From NCBI GenBank assembly GCA_964035545.1, contig OZ037765.1:17732995-17796994 (forward strand): DNA of 64,000 nucleotides, given 5' to 3'. This stretch comes from Bugula neritina (Eukaryota; Animalia; Bryozoa). The translations under genes and the position numbers were made by a program. Positions 1 to 13,283 of this stretch are shown piece after piece (the first letter of the stretch is position 1; each line of letters opens with the position of its first letter). The notes under the pieces are model-generated. The model was given only the letters and a program-made list of their open reading frames with translations, ran no database searches and had not been told where the DNA came from.

Positions 1-146
1 GTTTTGGAAAATTTAACGTCAGTGAGCCATTTTTTCCTATTTTTCCATTTGTGCTCTTATTAACGGTGCCATTATTACTTGTGCTATTTTTACCATGCCA
101 CTTTTACCTGTGTCATTTTTACTGTTGCTATTTTTACCTAAAATCG
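1..146. repeat. Degenerate short-unit repeat (gtgc[c/t]atttttac-like units), possibly the subterminal end of a non-autonomous DNA element cut by the window edge
   Basis: Recurrent units gtgccattattac, gtgctatttttacc, atgccacttttacc, gtgtcatttttac, ttgctatttttacc ending abruptly at ~146; no partner end visible in the window. Confidence 0.4.
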
Positions 147-149
147 AAA

Positions 150-1010
150 GTTTACATTATTAGTCTTACTCTTAGACATTAGTATTACATTTAGTGATTT
201 ACTATAACTATTATTTCTACTAGTATAAGTCATGATTTTTACTATCCACTATTTATATGACTGTCACTAGTTCTATAAACTAACTTTAAGTTTAAGCTTT
301 AGTTTAGGCACGGCACATCACGACCATTTTCATTTTGATTCACCTTCACTTTGAGCATCACTCATAGTCATTGCCATTGTGATTGTGGTTTAGTGATTCA
401 GATTGTTACACTAAATCTGAATTTCATTGACAAGAATATTCATTCAATTAGTAATTGTGATGCTCAAAGTGAAAATGAATCATTGTCACACACCGACACT
501 GTGACTGTTAGAGTGACTCAGGATGTCATTGTGATTGTGGCTGAAATTGTCAGTGAGTTGAAGTATCAGTATGATTCTCTCCAAGTTCTAACTCTAAGAC
601 AAAAGTCTAAACCTTAACCTAAGTCAAAGTGCAAGTGGTGAGTGGTGGTGTAACTGTAAGGCCGAAGGCGTAAGCAAAATCAAATTGAAAAACGGCTAAT
701 ACTAACTGTCTAACACTAATACTAATAGTAAAACTAAATGTAATACTTACACTGTAGTATTAGTATAAGTATAACCATAAGTATAACTATAAGTATTACT
801 ATTAGTATTACTGTTAGTGTTAGAGTTAGCATTACTATTACTATTAGTATTAATCTATTAGTATTATTATTAGATTTACTTATGATTTAGTATAAAATTA
901 AAATCAAAATGAAAAAGTCAAAATGAAAATGGTAGTGAACTGTGAAACTGAATGCAAGGACAAAAATATGATCTTTGAGTTCTATCACTTTTAGTTTTAT
1001 TGAGCGGTTA
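150..1010. repeat. Cryptic 6-bp-periodic (TNA-NNN)n low-complexity tract on the left side of the ARF promoter
   Basis: e.g. ttagtcttactcttagac, tcatagtcattgccattgtgattgtgg, taaaattaaaatcaaaatgaaaaagtcaaaatgaaaatg. Confidence 0.75.
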
Positions 1011-1139
1011 AATATATTATTCTTTCGGTTATTACTTCCTACACTCTTTTCATATTAATATTATAACGTTAATCGTATGCATCATTATGATTAGCATGAG
1101 CCATGAGGTTACAATTTCAATTTGTGCTGTGATTGGGAT

Positions 1140-1590
1140 TATAAGGCCAGCGAGCCACAATTCTCGCGCGCGTTATAACTAGGCAGGTGAAAGCAGCGCA
1201 ATTTCTGACTGTGCGGTTAGAACAACAGTGCCGAGTTTAGAATAGCACTAAAGTGTGCTTCTCGAACAAGACATCGACCATGTAAGGCTAGAGCAGGTGC
1301 GATTATATATTTTTTAGATCGTAAGGCCAAAAAGACGCCAAAGTATTGAACGTTTTCGCCAAACCAGTCGAACTTCTGCTGATTGGCGGGTAAAAATATT
1401 CGGACTAACTTTCTTCTGTCATGAAGTGCAACCAATCATCACGCACCATTGACGCCATTGCTTTATTAAGGTCAACTCATTTCCGCTCCAAGTAGCTCAC
1501 GGTAGTACCCTCAAAAACTGAATAAATTTTCATTCACCATTGACATTGTAATTCAAAGGCGGTCTTGCGTGATATAGTCAATCCTGTGGG
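1140..1590 (+). promoter_or_regulatory. CpG-enriched promoter / probable non-coding first exon of the ARF gene (possibly bidirectional)
   Basis: Local GC/CpG enrichment against a CpG-poor background; CCAAT boxes (gattgg ~1381, ccaatc ~1432); ARF coding exon 1 starts at an acceptor (ag 4626-4627), so an upstream exon is needed. Confidence 0.55.
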
Positions 1591-1729
1591 TGTGTTCTGC
1601 ATATTATATTTACAGCAGTATTGTTTCAGTTTAATATCATCATAATTTTATTTTACAAATTGAAAATGTAACACTAGCCCTACCCCTACTCCGGTACTCG
1701 GGCATTCCTACGGCTACTGTCCTATGCCT

Positions 1730-3500
1730 AGCTAATACTAGTAGCTACTGCTACTAATAGTAGACGCAGTACTAGTAGTAGTACTTGCACTACGTCTACC
1801 TGTAGTCCATCTAGACTCTAGTTCTACAGCTAGTAACTTTGATCATTATGATTATGATTAATTTTAAATTTAATGATAGTTTAACTTTAAGTTATGATAC
1901 TCATACTCATACTGATACTGTGATAGTGAAACTGAATGATACTGATAGTAATACTAATAGTAATATAATTAAATTTAATAATTAATATTATTAACTGAAA
2001 GTAAAAACTAAAATATTATTTTATTATTATTATTCATCATAATATTATTATTAATAATATTAATAATATAATAATAAATGGTAGTATTAGTATTACTATT
2101 ACTATTAGTATTGCAGTCTAAGTTAAAATAGCATTAGCACTAATAGTAATACTGATAGTACTAATAGTAATTAAGAACATAGAAAATAATAGCATTTTCA
2201 TTTTAATTTAGTCATTGAGTTTTACTGCTTAGTTTTACTTTTACTAAGCTATGCTTTAAGTTTACCTTCTAGTACTAGTTCTAGTTTTACTAAATCTAAT
2301 AGTAATAATAATACTTAGGTCTATAATTATGCTTTAAATTCTCACCTCACCTATTCTCACCTATCCCCACTTTGTCCTGTTTGGGTAGTGGGTGACTGCT
2401 GGAGGCCTAGCTCAATTAGGCTTCTCCACCTAACCCTGTCTAGAGTGTCCTCTTCGTTGAGGGAACAGGATTGGAGGTCTTTTCTGATAGTATCATGCCA
2501 TCTATGCTTTGGGCGTCTCCGGTTTCTCTTTCCTGCAACTTTCATCTCATGCACTCTTCTGATATCATCCTCTTTCTCTCTTCTGCACATATGTCCAAAC
2601 CACTGTAGCCTTCTTCTTCTCATCAGTTCTAACACATTTATTACTTTCGCTTCTTGCCTTAAGCTTTCGTTGGTCTTGTGCTCTTCAAGAGTAATTCCTA
2701 GGCAGTAGCGTAGCATCCTTATCTCGCATACGCTCACTCTCTCCGCAAGGTAATCAGTCACTGGCCATGTTCCCACTCCGTATAATAGCACCAGTCTTAT
2801 TACTGTCCTGTAAATGAGGACCTTGAGTTATACTTGAATAATGATATATTATTATTAATATACTTAAAGTTAGTCTTATGCTAACTTATAGCTAATGATT
2901 TTATTTTAAATAATTATACTCACTAATCTAAATCATATTCATAATGATAATGTAACAGTAATGACTATGCGTAATCACTATCAGTAACAACTAAGTAAAA
3001 ATTTGGTATGACTAAATCTAATAATAATCTAATTTTATAAATCTGAAATATAATAATATAAATACTTATAGTTATACTAATAGTAATTCGTATACATTTG
3101 CAGTAATTAAGTAAATACTAAGTATGTGCTAGTAGTAGTAATAATAGTAATAACTAATAGTAATAGTAGTACTATTACTGATAGTAAACGTAATGCTGAT
3201 AATAATCATATTTAATTTTATTATTATAGTGAAATATAACAAAATATTTATGGTATTGTTATTGTAATTAATTAATAGTTCATTATTATTAGAGTTACTC
3301 TTAGTGATGCTAATTGTTCATCAATAACCATGGCAATAAAAAGTGAATAAGAACTACTAATAGTTAAATTAAACGTAAATGTAATGTCTTTATTTAGTAA
3401 TAAGTATAATATTAAATTTGATGATAATCACAATGGCTATGGCTAAGTCTAAATTCGTAATCACTATGATACTCTATGACTATAGCATCATAATCCGAGT
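1730..3500. repeat. Cryptic 6-bp-periodic (TNA-NNN)n tract in the ARF first intron, interrupted by the RTE LINE fragment
   Basis: e.g. tcatactcatactgatactg, tgatactgatagtaatactaatagtaat. Confidence 0.8.
2340..2827 (-). mobile_element. 5'-truncated non-LTR retrotransposon (RTE-like LINE): C-terminus of RT ORF plus 3' tail
   Basis: Translation LKVLIYRTVIRLVLLYGVGTW...EIRMLR...RRRRLQWFGHMCRR...GKRNRRRPKHRWHDTIRKDL...DRVRWRSLI is typical of the post-RT region of RTE-clade LINEs; ends in short (aggtgag)-like tandem tail. Confidence 0.88.
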
Positions 3501-4627
3501 TAGTTCCAAGTTACGTTGATTCATTAAGTACTTAAAATTCTTCAGCTAGGTTAATTTTTCATCAACTTGGGTTGCTTAACTTCTATTTGAGCTGACCCAA
3601 ATAATATTGAATTATTGTAAATCCTTGAAATTTTCCAAAGTCAAGAGTTGAGTTGTTTAATGTAGCTTTAGCAGCATAGTTGTAGTAGGCATTCAAAATA
3701 AATTAGTTGAATCATAGTTATAAATATTTAATGGTTTTTCTATATAATTTAAATTTCAGTGCTGTTAGGATTATAATTCCATAGCAGTTAAAACTCAACT
3801 ATGATTATAATTATGGTAGTTCTGTTTTAGTTTTCAATTAAATATAGTAAATGAGAAGTTCAAATTTCAGTATTTATTTTATAGCAAGCAAGAAAATGGT
3901 ATTATTTATGCTTGATGGAAAAAAGATGTAGAGACTGGGTAGTTGGTAGACACAATTAATTTGCAAAACTTCCTGGTACTCAAGTTGTAATGTTAAGAGT
4001 CCATAGCATTGCAATTTCTGTAGATGCTTTTGCAGGAAATGACTGATTTCATGTATTGCCATTATCATGTGATGTACTCTAAGCTATTAAATTACATTTG
4101 CAGGTTAAAAGTTATGCCAAAATGAAAGAATCTGTTTTACATATTTAGAACTAATTTCTACATACAAAACAAGTTTTAGAAATGTTGAACATTTTCTATT
4201 CAATACAAATGTCAATATGTAGCACAATAAATGTAAAGCATTGTAAGTAAATGTTCCAAGTAGCACTCTAGTTTCTAGAAATGTTGTATTACCTAATAAC
4301 CGTGAAACACTTAAGCAAGCCCATTGAAGCTCCTACACATGCCAGCAGTTGCATCAATATAGAGTCAACTGTAAATTTGTTGATGCAATGAAGTTGTTAG
4401 AGTCTGATTGTCATTACTTTAAACTATCTGCAATCTTGCCTATTAAAAATTACTGTCTGTCTTTCTAGACATGTGGACCAGAGTATTTTTTACAAGCTGG
4501 AACTCTTGTACTATTCTGCAATGTAAAATTTAATCATTGCAGCTCTGAACTGGTTAACTGACTGAGTAGTACATTTGCATACATGTTGCATTGGGTTTTA
4601 TGTGTTCACATGCTATCTCTGTTGTAG

Positions 4628-6376
<1,749 letters not shown>

Positions 6377-6911
6377 ACACCAAATGCAATAGATATTTAT
6401 CCATTCCACAACTGCATTAGCCACATCAGCAAAATTTCAATATCTACCAAATGTTACATACATATAGGCTCATTAAAAGCGTTATTCCATTTTGTCCTTT
6501 TTGTAAATCTATTAAAATTGTAATTATTCTTAGTAGTTACTTTTTTATTTGCTAAAGATAATCGTCTAGGCTGATGCATAACATGCTATTGTGCTTTTAA
6601 TGATACTTCAACAATGTTATCTGTATGATATATCATGTGGAATTAATCTTAGGTTGGCAGTATAGATTATTTAAATATCTTTGGTAGGCTTAATGCAATT
6701 AACTTATTGTGTGAAATGTATTGTGCATTATGATTCACATAAATATAATGATTATAAATATTCAGAAATACACCATACTATTGTGTAAAGTTGGAAAATA
6801 ATAATCAATTGACAAAAAATTCCTCCATTACATGTGTATCTTAAGAAATGGATCATCTCACTTTATAGAACATCTTAGGGATGTGACATGTAACTAAATG
6901 AAAGTTGTTAT

Positions 6912-7588
6912 CTAAATCCTCTGCTTGTGAAAGGTTTTTCCACTTGCATTCAGTTCCTCTGTGTATTGCGCCATCTCAGCTTCTAAGAGTCTTTTCAATG
7001 CTGCCCTTCTCACCTAGAAACATGTGACATTGCAGCCGAGTTGAGAACGAAAATGGCATCACTAAGCAACCCATAAACTTGAGAATTCTAACTAGCCATG
7101 TTGCTATGTTTATACTTATTGGAATATATGTAGGTAGATTAGCTAGAGTGTAAATTTGCCTGCCAGAGCTTTAAAAACGACATTCAGAAAGCATGAAATA
7201 AAGTGTTGAAATATACCTCTACTAAACATTTAGCAGCAATGTGCATCTCTCCTCTAACTATTGACTCTCCTGCCTTTATTCTTTTATATTCAGTCTTGAG
7301 TTGGCATTTGTCATCCCAGTTAGCTCTTTGATTTATCTTGGTTTCCCTATGGTATAAAAAATTTATTACATTCTAACTAATGAAACAATTGTGTCAAGAT
7401 TTTGTAGTTAACTTGGTGAGAAATGCTGCTGAACATATAAAACAGAAGTAAATCCAAATATGGAATATGTATGTACTTGTGTACAAATTCATATGAATTG
7501 ATAATCAGTAGCAAAAGACAATTACAGTTAGTAAGTTCGTATTTTCCTTTGATTACCACTAAATATAAAAATATTAAAATCATTCATT

Positions 7589-7640
<52 letters not shown>

Positions 7641-10600
7641 GTGTCCTGATTGGCAATCTACTTGGTGTTCCAGCAAAGTAAAGTGCTCGATATCACAAGT
7701 GACAGAGCTAATACAATGTAGTACTTTCAGATTATTAAAGATTTTTTTTTTTATTTAAAAAAATCTCACGCGACTAAATAGTTTCGTACAGTGAACTGTA
7801 CTTGTCAGGTGTCTGACACCACTCCTGTTACCCTCTAACTTTGACCAATGCTTATAACATGCAAGGCAATTATTAGACTTATATTCTTCAAACTTTTATA
7901 CTATAGCCTCACCTTTTTAATTGTTGTTCCATAGCTTCAATAAATTCATCTTCCTACAAAACAATTTAAAGCTGATGTAACACCAAATTAACTTAAGGGC
8001 AACATATCTATGAATTTTTCTTCACAGTTTGAAATGAAACTAATAACGGACAAAATATTTTAACACATTTTGGGATGAACAGTGTAGAACTGTTCAAGGA
8101 GTGTCTTGTATGAATTGACAATTAAGTGAGCAGTGCTTCTTTTACATAACCAGATGGAGACATTTTGTTTTAGTTAGGAAATCATAGTTTTAAACTTTTT
8201 TAAAAAATATGAAATTAGAGTAAAGTGAATGCTTTGTAGCAGACAGATATTTGTGCCCACAGGTCCGCATTGAAAGAGAGGGATAGATAAAATTGTACTT
8301 TCGGTGAAAGGTAACTCCAAAGAATGTTTTAAAGTTAGTTTGCATGAAACAGTAAATGTAACTGTATTTTGATTTAGGTGGTCAGTGGTCACATTTACTA
8401 ATGTATATAAGAATTTATCTATAATTAAAAAATTAGGTGTAACCATTTTTTAATTAGATTATTGAAGGTACAGCATATTTAACTTTCTTCAGACAGAAAT
8501 GTTCTTGCAGAGTTATTACAATAAGAGATAAAGTTTACTTTTTATTATTCCAGATCAGCGCCATGTTTAATATTTACATTAGCCATGAAAACATACAATA
8601 ATTGAAAACAAATAAAAACTAAAATGCTGTGATGTTGGTGCAATGTGATCAAAATTAAAAACAGAGTGTAACTTGGCTGAAATAAACACATGGGGGAAGG
8701 GATTTCTCCTCTACTCTAAACACACAGCTTCTTCAAAAAATAGTCACTTGACAGTAACTTTTGACTATACTACTTGCATTACATTCTAGTAATGATTTCT
8801 ACTTACTAGTGTGCAGACTATTCTTTATCCTAACTTAGAGTACAAAACCTAGACCAGTAGACTATAAGTACTATACGTGCTGTTGATCAGTTATCAAGAT
8901 TATTATATAATAAAATGAAGCTGTCCTATAGTTAAACACTAGTGTAATTGTCATGGTAGGCTATTGGAATATTTTTTGCTGGTAAACTGTAAAAAGTTTA
9001 CTATATCCCTTTTAGTCTGAGAACAGCCATTACAAGTAGCAATTCTCAAGCAATGTATATTCACTAGATAGTAAGTGGTCACTGTTATATACTTGAGTCA
9101 ACACAATAAATTGAATCATTAATATTTTCAAATAAACATGTTTGAGAAGCAAAACCAAGGTGTAAAATGCACATAAGGGACACAACAAATAAAACATTAT
9201 AACTCTTTGATTCACAACATACAGGCTTTTTAAAATGGAAGTTTTAAATTTATGATTGTTACAGTAGACAGAAAATTTTCTAGCATACAATTTTACATTC
9301 GGTGTTGATTTTTATAATTTCTGCCAATTTTCTTTGCAAATTGTAATTTATTCTTCACTGCAAAAGATTCATGTCCCTACCCCTACTTTACAAGATTACA
9401 AATATCAAGTATTTATTATTTCATAACATAATTTATATATAATCATAGAAGAAAAGATAACAGAAAGAAGTCAGATGATTTGGACAGTTGAGCTGCAACT
9501 CAATTCAAAATCTGTGTAGTCAATCATGGAGAATTGAGAACCTTAAATCAATGTTACTTTCAAAATACAATCCAGAAAAAATGAACCGCATAGACAAAAC
9601 CTTTAAAAATTTCCAAAACCTTCAAATGACTGAAATCCAAAGCAAATACAGAAAGGAGATTATATACAGAAATAATTAAATTCAAGATCAAAATTTTATC
9701 AATAGAAATATATTTAAAGTACATTGGATCACTGTGATGAGTCATATCAGTATAACAATTATAATATTAAGATAAACGTAATGGTGTTAACTAGCAATAA
9801 ACTGAGCTTACTGCAGTGCAAAACGTTATACAGAAAAAGAATAGAATTTGACGTGCTGAGGCAGGGAAAGGCCATGCAGACAGCTAAAACATAGAATGAG
9901 TTTGCCTAGTCACCATGTGCAACTGAAAATGAACACGAAGCTCAAAGTAAGCATCAAGTTAAGCAGTTTTTGACATCTTCCAATAAAATATTTTCATTTG
10001 GCTTACATTTAACCTTCAGAAGAATCTCTCTTCAGCAGTTTCTTAGAACAGTTTCTTATGGAAGTTGTAGCAACAGTTACTATTTAATCCAATGCTATGT
10101 TCATTATAGTAGTGAACAATATTGTTGCAGCACAATTTTATTTATGCCAAGAGTGACAGTTATTTTAAAATCGTTCTCAATTTTCGCAATCAGCTATGGA
10201 AAGTCACTGTTTGATTTAAGAGTTCAGAAAAGTAAGACTGGTTGCCATATTAGCCAATCATTGATGAGATAGTACTAAAATATCTGAAAGTTTTATGTTC
10301 ATTTCCAGATGCATTTAGCTGTCCACAAGGGCCTTAACATAAATGTGGTAGAAATATTGACTGCAGTGCATATATAGTAATCTTACCACTTGCTCTGGAT
10401 CCCATGGATCATTTCTGCCTTGCATTTGCTATTTAAAAAACTTCATGTTGATGACTAATATAATAATTATGATGCCAAAAGCAGGATATTTTACATTCAG
10501 GGAGAAAGAGTAGCGGTGTGTAACCCAACTGTATATTGTAGCCCGCCTGTTGTATGGGGAAAACAAATGGTCCAATATAATTACAGTGCATTTATTTAAG

Positions 10601-10793
10601 TTTTCTTACAATTTTTCAAGTAAACAGAGTCCAGATTTGAGAAACTTTAGATTCACATTTAGTAAGCTGGTAAAGAGTTAAGTTGAACATTATCTTACAC
10701 TTCATTTAAAAAAATTGAATGTTTAAATTTTCTTACCTTGATTCTAATAGCTTGTGCTCCTGTGTTAGCTAAAGTCCTTTGCTTTGGCTGCAT
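6912..10793 (-). CDS. CFAP141: Cilia- and flagella-associated protein 141 (C1orf189)-like, ~109 aa; exons 10793-10737, 7953-7913, 7346-7217, 7013-6912
   Basis: MQPKQRTLANTGAQAIRIK-EDEFIEAMEQQLKR-ETKINQRANWDDK...MHIAAKCLVE-VRRAALKRLLEAEMAQYTEELNASGKTFHKQRI*; C-terminus resembles my recollection of CFAP141 (VRxAALxxLxExExxxYxxELNxxGKxF); splice phases consistent; missed by ORF track; start codon inferred. Confidence 0.8.
7598..7638. repeat. (TA)n microsatellite
   Basis: About 20 TA units. Confidence 0.95.
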
Positions 10794-11899
10794 CACCTCA
10801 TATCTGTACGAAGTAGCTTCTAACATTTTTATTTTTAGTTTTTCTTAGTTCTTAATAGAATTTACTACAAAGCAAATTGTTACATGACCAGAGAACAGAT
10901 AATGTAACTATTTTTGGCAATAATATTTCATATATTCGAACTTCTGTAAAACTTTTAGTGTGAAGTGAAGTGTTTAAGCCTATTACATGAAATTTCAAAA
11001 GCAAGTAAATAAAATCACAAATTAAATAAAATCAACCAATCACTTTTCATATGATAAAAATTAAAAGATATAACATTTACATAATCAATGCAACAAGGTT
11101 AATAAAACCGCAACATAAAGAAAAATAACAGAGTAGCTGTAAAAGTATAATAGTTTACAAGGCCTCCATATATGTTTGATTAAGAAAATATTAAATTAGC
11201 ATTTTCCAGCAGCTGTAGTCTTTTTAGCACTACTTCAGGAGGATACTCTATTATTTGAATATAATATCTTAGCAAATTCTTGCTCATAAGTTTATGCTAA
11301 TAATACAAATAATTGTTTCATCAAATAGGTCATCAATCTATAAATAAACCAGTATTTAGTGAAAAAATTGTTAATTAAAAATTTCATTATGCTACAAGAG
11401 CTTCTCCAAAAACTTATAAGCTATGGGCTGTTACAATTACCACCACACTGGCAAACACAATTGTTCAGCAATCAGTGTCACTTCACAAGGTCATAACTTA
11501 AATCCTTATGAGATGCATAGCTAAAGTGGAAAAATTGATAAGTATTATATTAATATATACAAGCACGTTTAAATTTACTATAAGCATAAGTACCATAACA
11601 AAATAATTTTTATTCTGCATTATGATTATCTAAAATTTTGACCAGTGAAAATATTTAATTCAAATAGTAAAGTGATGAGAGCTTTGTATTTGTTACTTGA
11701 ATTAGAATAAATACTAATAGTACTAAAATTAGCGAATATTACAAAATGTGCTTAGTATGTAAATTTCTAATTAATAGGTAATTGCAACAAACATGAATTA
11801 AACTACTACTGAATTGTAAGCGTAGTCATAGTCAAACTGGCTAGTAGACTAGTAGTAGTACTAGTAGTCTAAATCAGTAGTTGAAACTATAAAATTAAT

Positions 11900-12310
11900 A
11901 ATAGACCGCGGTTGCTTCGGCCTAAGAACACAAAATAACAACAACCTATACGCTATCACCTTACACCTACTAAAGTGAATAATTAGATATTTAAAATTGT
12001 ATGCAAATAAAAATGTTGTTCAAATATTTTTGACATAAAAAAGATTATTTATAATAAAACAAGTGTTAAATTATTCACAATTATATTTGCTAATACTGTT
12101 GCTAGTGGCGTAAGAATACACAAATATTCATGTGGCGTGGACGCACGCGATCACGTGTCTAATGTTTACCAACGCACTCATGCCTCTGGTGTCTGGACCT
12201 AATACTAATACTAATAGTAATAGGCGACTACAGTTAGAGTTAGCATATTTTCATGATTCCTATCAGTTAGTTGACAGGCCAGATAGAAGGTGGCTGCGAG
12301 TTGACCGAAG
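11900..12310. promoter_or_regulatory. Probable bidirectional promoter shared by CFAP141-like (-) and RNF24/122-like (+)
   Basis: Head-to-head genes; CpG cluster (gtggcgtggacgcacgcgatcacgtg 12132-12157, E-box cacgtg); possible RFX half-site gttgct ~12098; + strand donor aag|gtacat at 12310/12311. Confidence 0.55.
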
Positions 12311-12369
12311 GTACATAGTTGTTATTTATAATTCATGTAAATGCAGCTATAAAGATTTGACTTTTTGCT

Positions 12370-12870
12370 AACTTAAAGTTAAAGTTAAACTATGACTAAT
12401 ACTAATACTAATAGTAATACTAATACTTAATAGTAATAGTATAAGTATGACATTGACTTTGAGTGATTGACTGTAAGTGTATGACTATGAGTATGAGTAT
12501 CACTCAACTATAAATTATTATAGTATTAGTTGATATTATTCTATTGTTTAACTTTATAATTAATTCAATTCACAATTGTATTAAATTTAATATTATAGTG
12601 ATCCCTATGAATACTATTATTAATATTAGAAGTATGGTCATTATCATTATCATAATGATTATGATTATAATAATTTTGAATAATTATAATTAAAATACTT
12701 ACCTTAGTCTTATGAGTTATGAGGATTGTCGTCATTATGATTATCAATTATGCTTATCACATTCAATGTGATTGTCATTAGGACTACCATTACGAGTCAC
12801 GGGTGATATGATTATGATAGATGTTATACCCTTTATAAGTATTACTATTAGACTGTTAATTTTTATTATA
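12370..12870. repeat. Cryptic 6-bp-periodic (TNA-NNN)n tract in RNF first intron (shorter counterparts at ~11700-11900 and 12200-12245)
   Basis: taaagttaaagttaaac, taagtatgacattgactttgagtg, tgactatgagtatgagtatca. Confidence 0.8.
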
Positions 12871-13283
12871 ATGGCAAGGTGTATACCAAATTAAGAAATC
12901 AGTTTTAAGTTTTTAAATTGTCATTTCTATTATAGAAAGGAAATGAAAACGTGTGGTTTGGTTTCAGTCCTACCACTCACGAAGTTATCTACATCAAAAC
13001 AGTCCAACTAAACGTCCAAGTAAGTGAGATAAATCACAACAGGTGAAGCTGGAAGAGTTTTTTCTGCTTGTATTGCAAAACAAGTGCGAGATACAATGAA
13101 AAAAGTCTTAATTTAAATTTCAACAATTTTCAAAACTTTCCTGTACAAATTATTTTGGTTTTTATTTTGTAGAAGCCTATTATTTTCTAAAAAGTGTGTT
13201 TCTAAAAAGTTGTTTTATACTTGTATTACTATACTGATAAGTTTTTGTTTTGTATCTGTAAACTCTGTATTGCAGCTTTTATT

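Noticed and set aside
351-617. 88-aa ORF with dipeptide-like periodicity (HSHCHCDC, TDTVTVRVT)
   Set aside because: By-product of the 6-bp periodic tract; non-ATG start and no splice or homology support
2388-2708. 106-aa + strand ORF
   Set aside because: Antisense shadow of the LINE RT fragment
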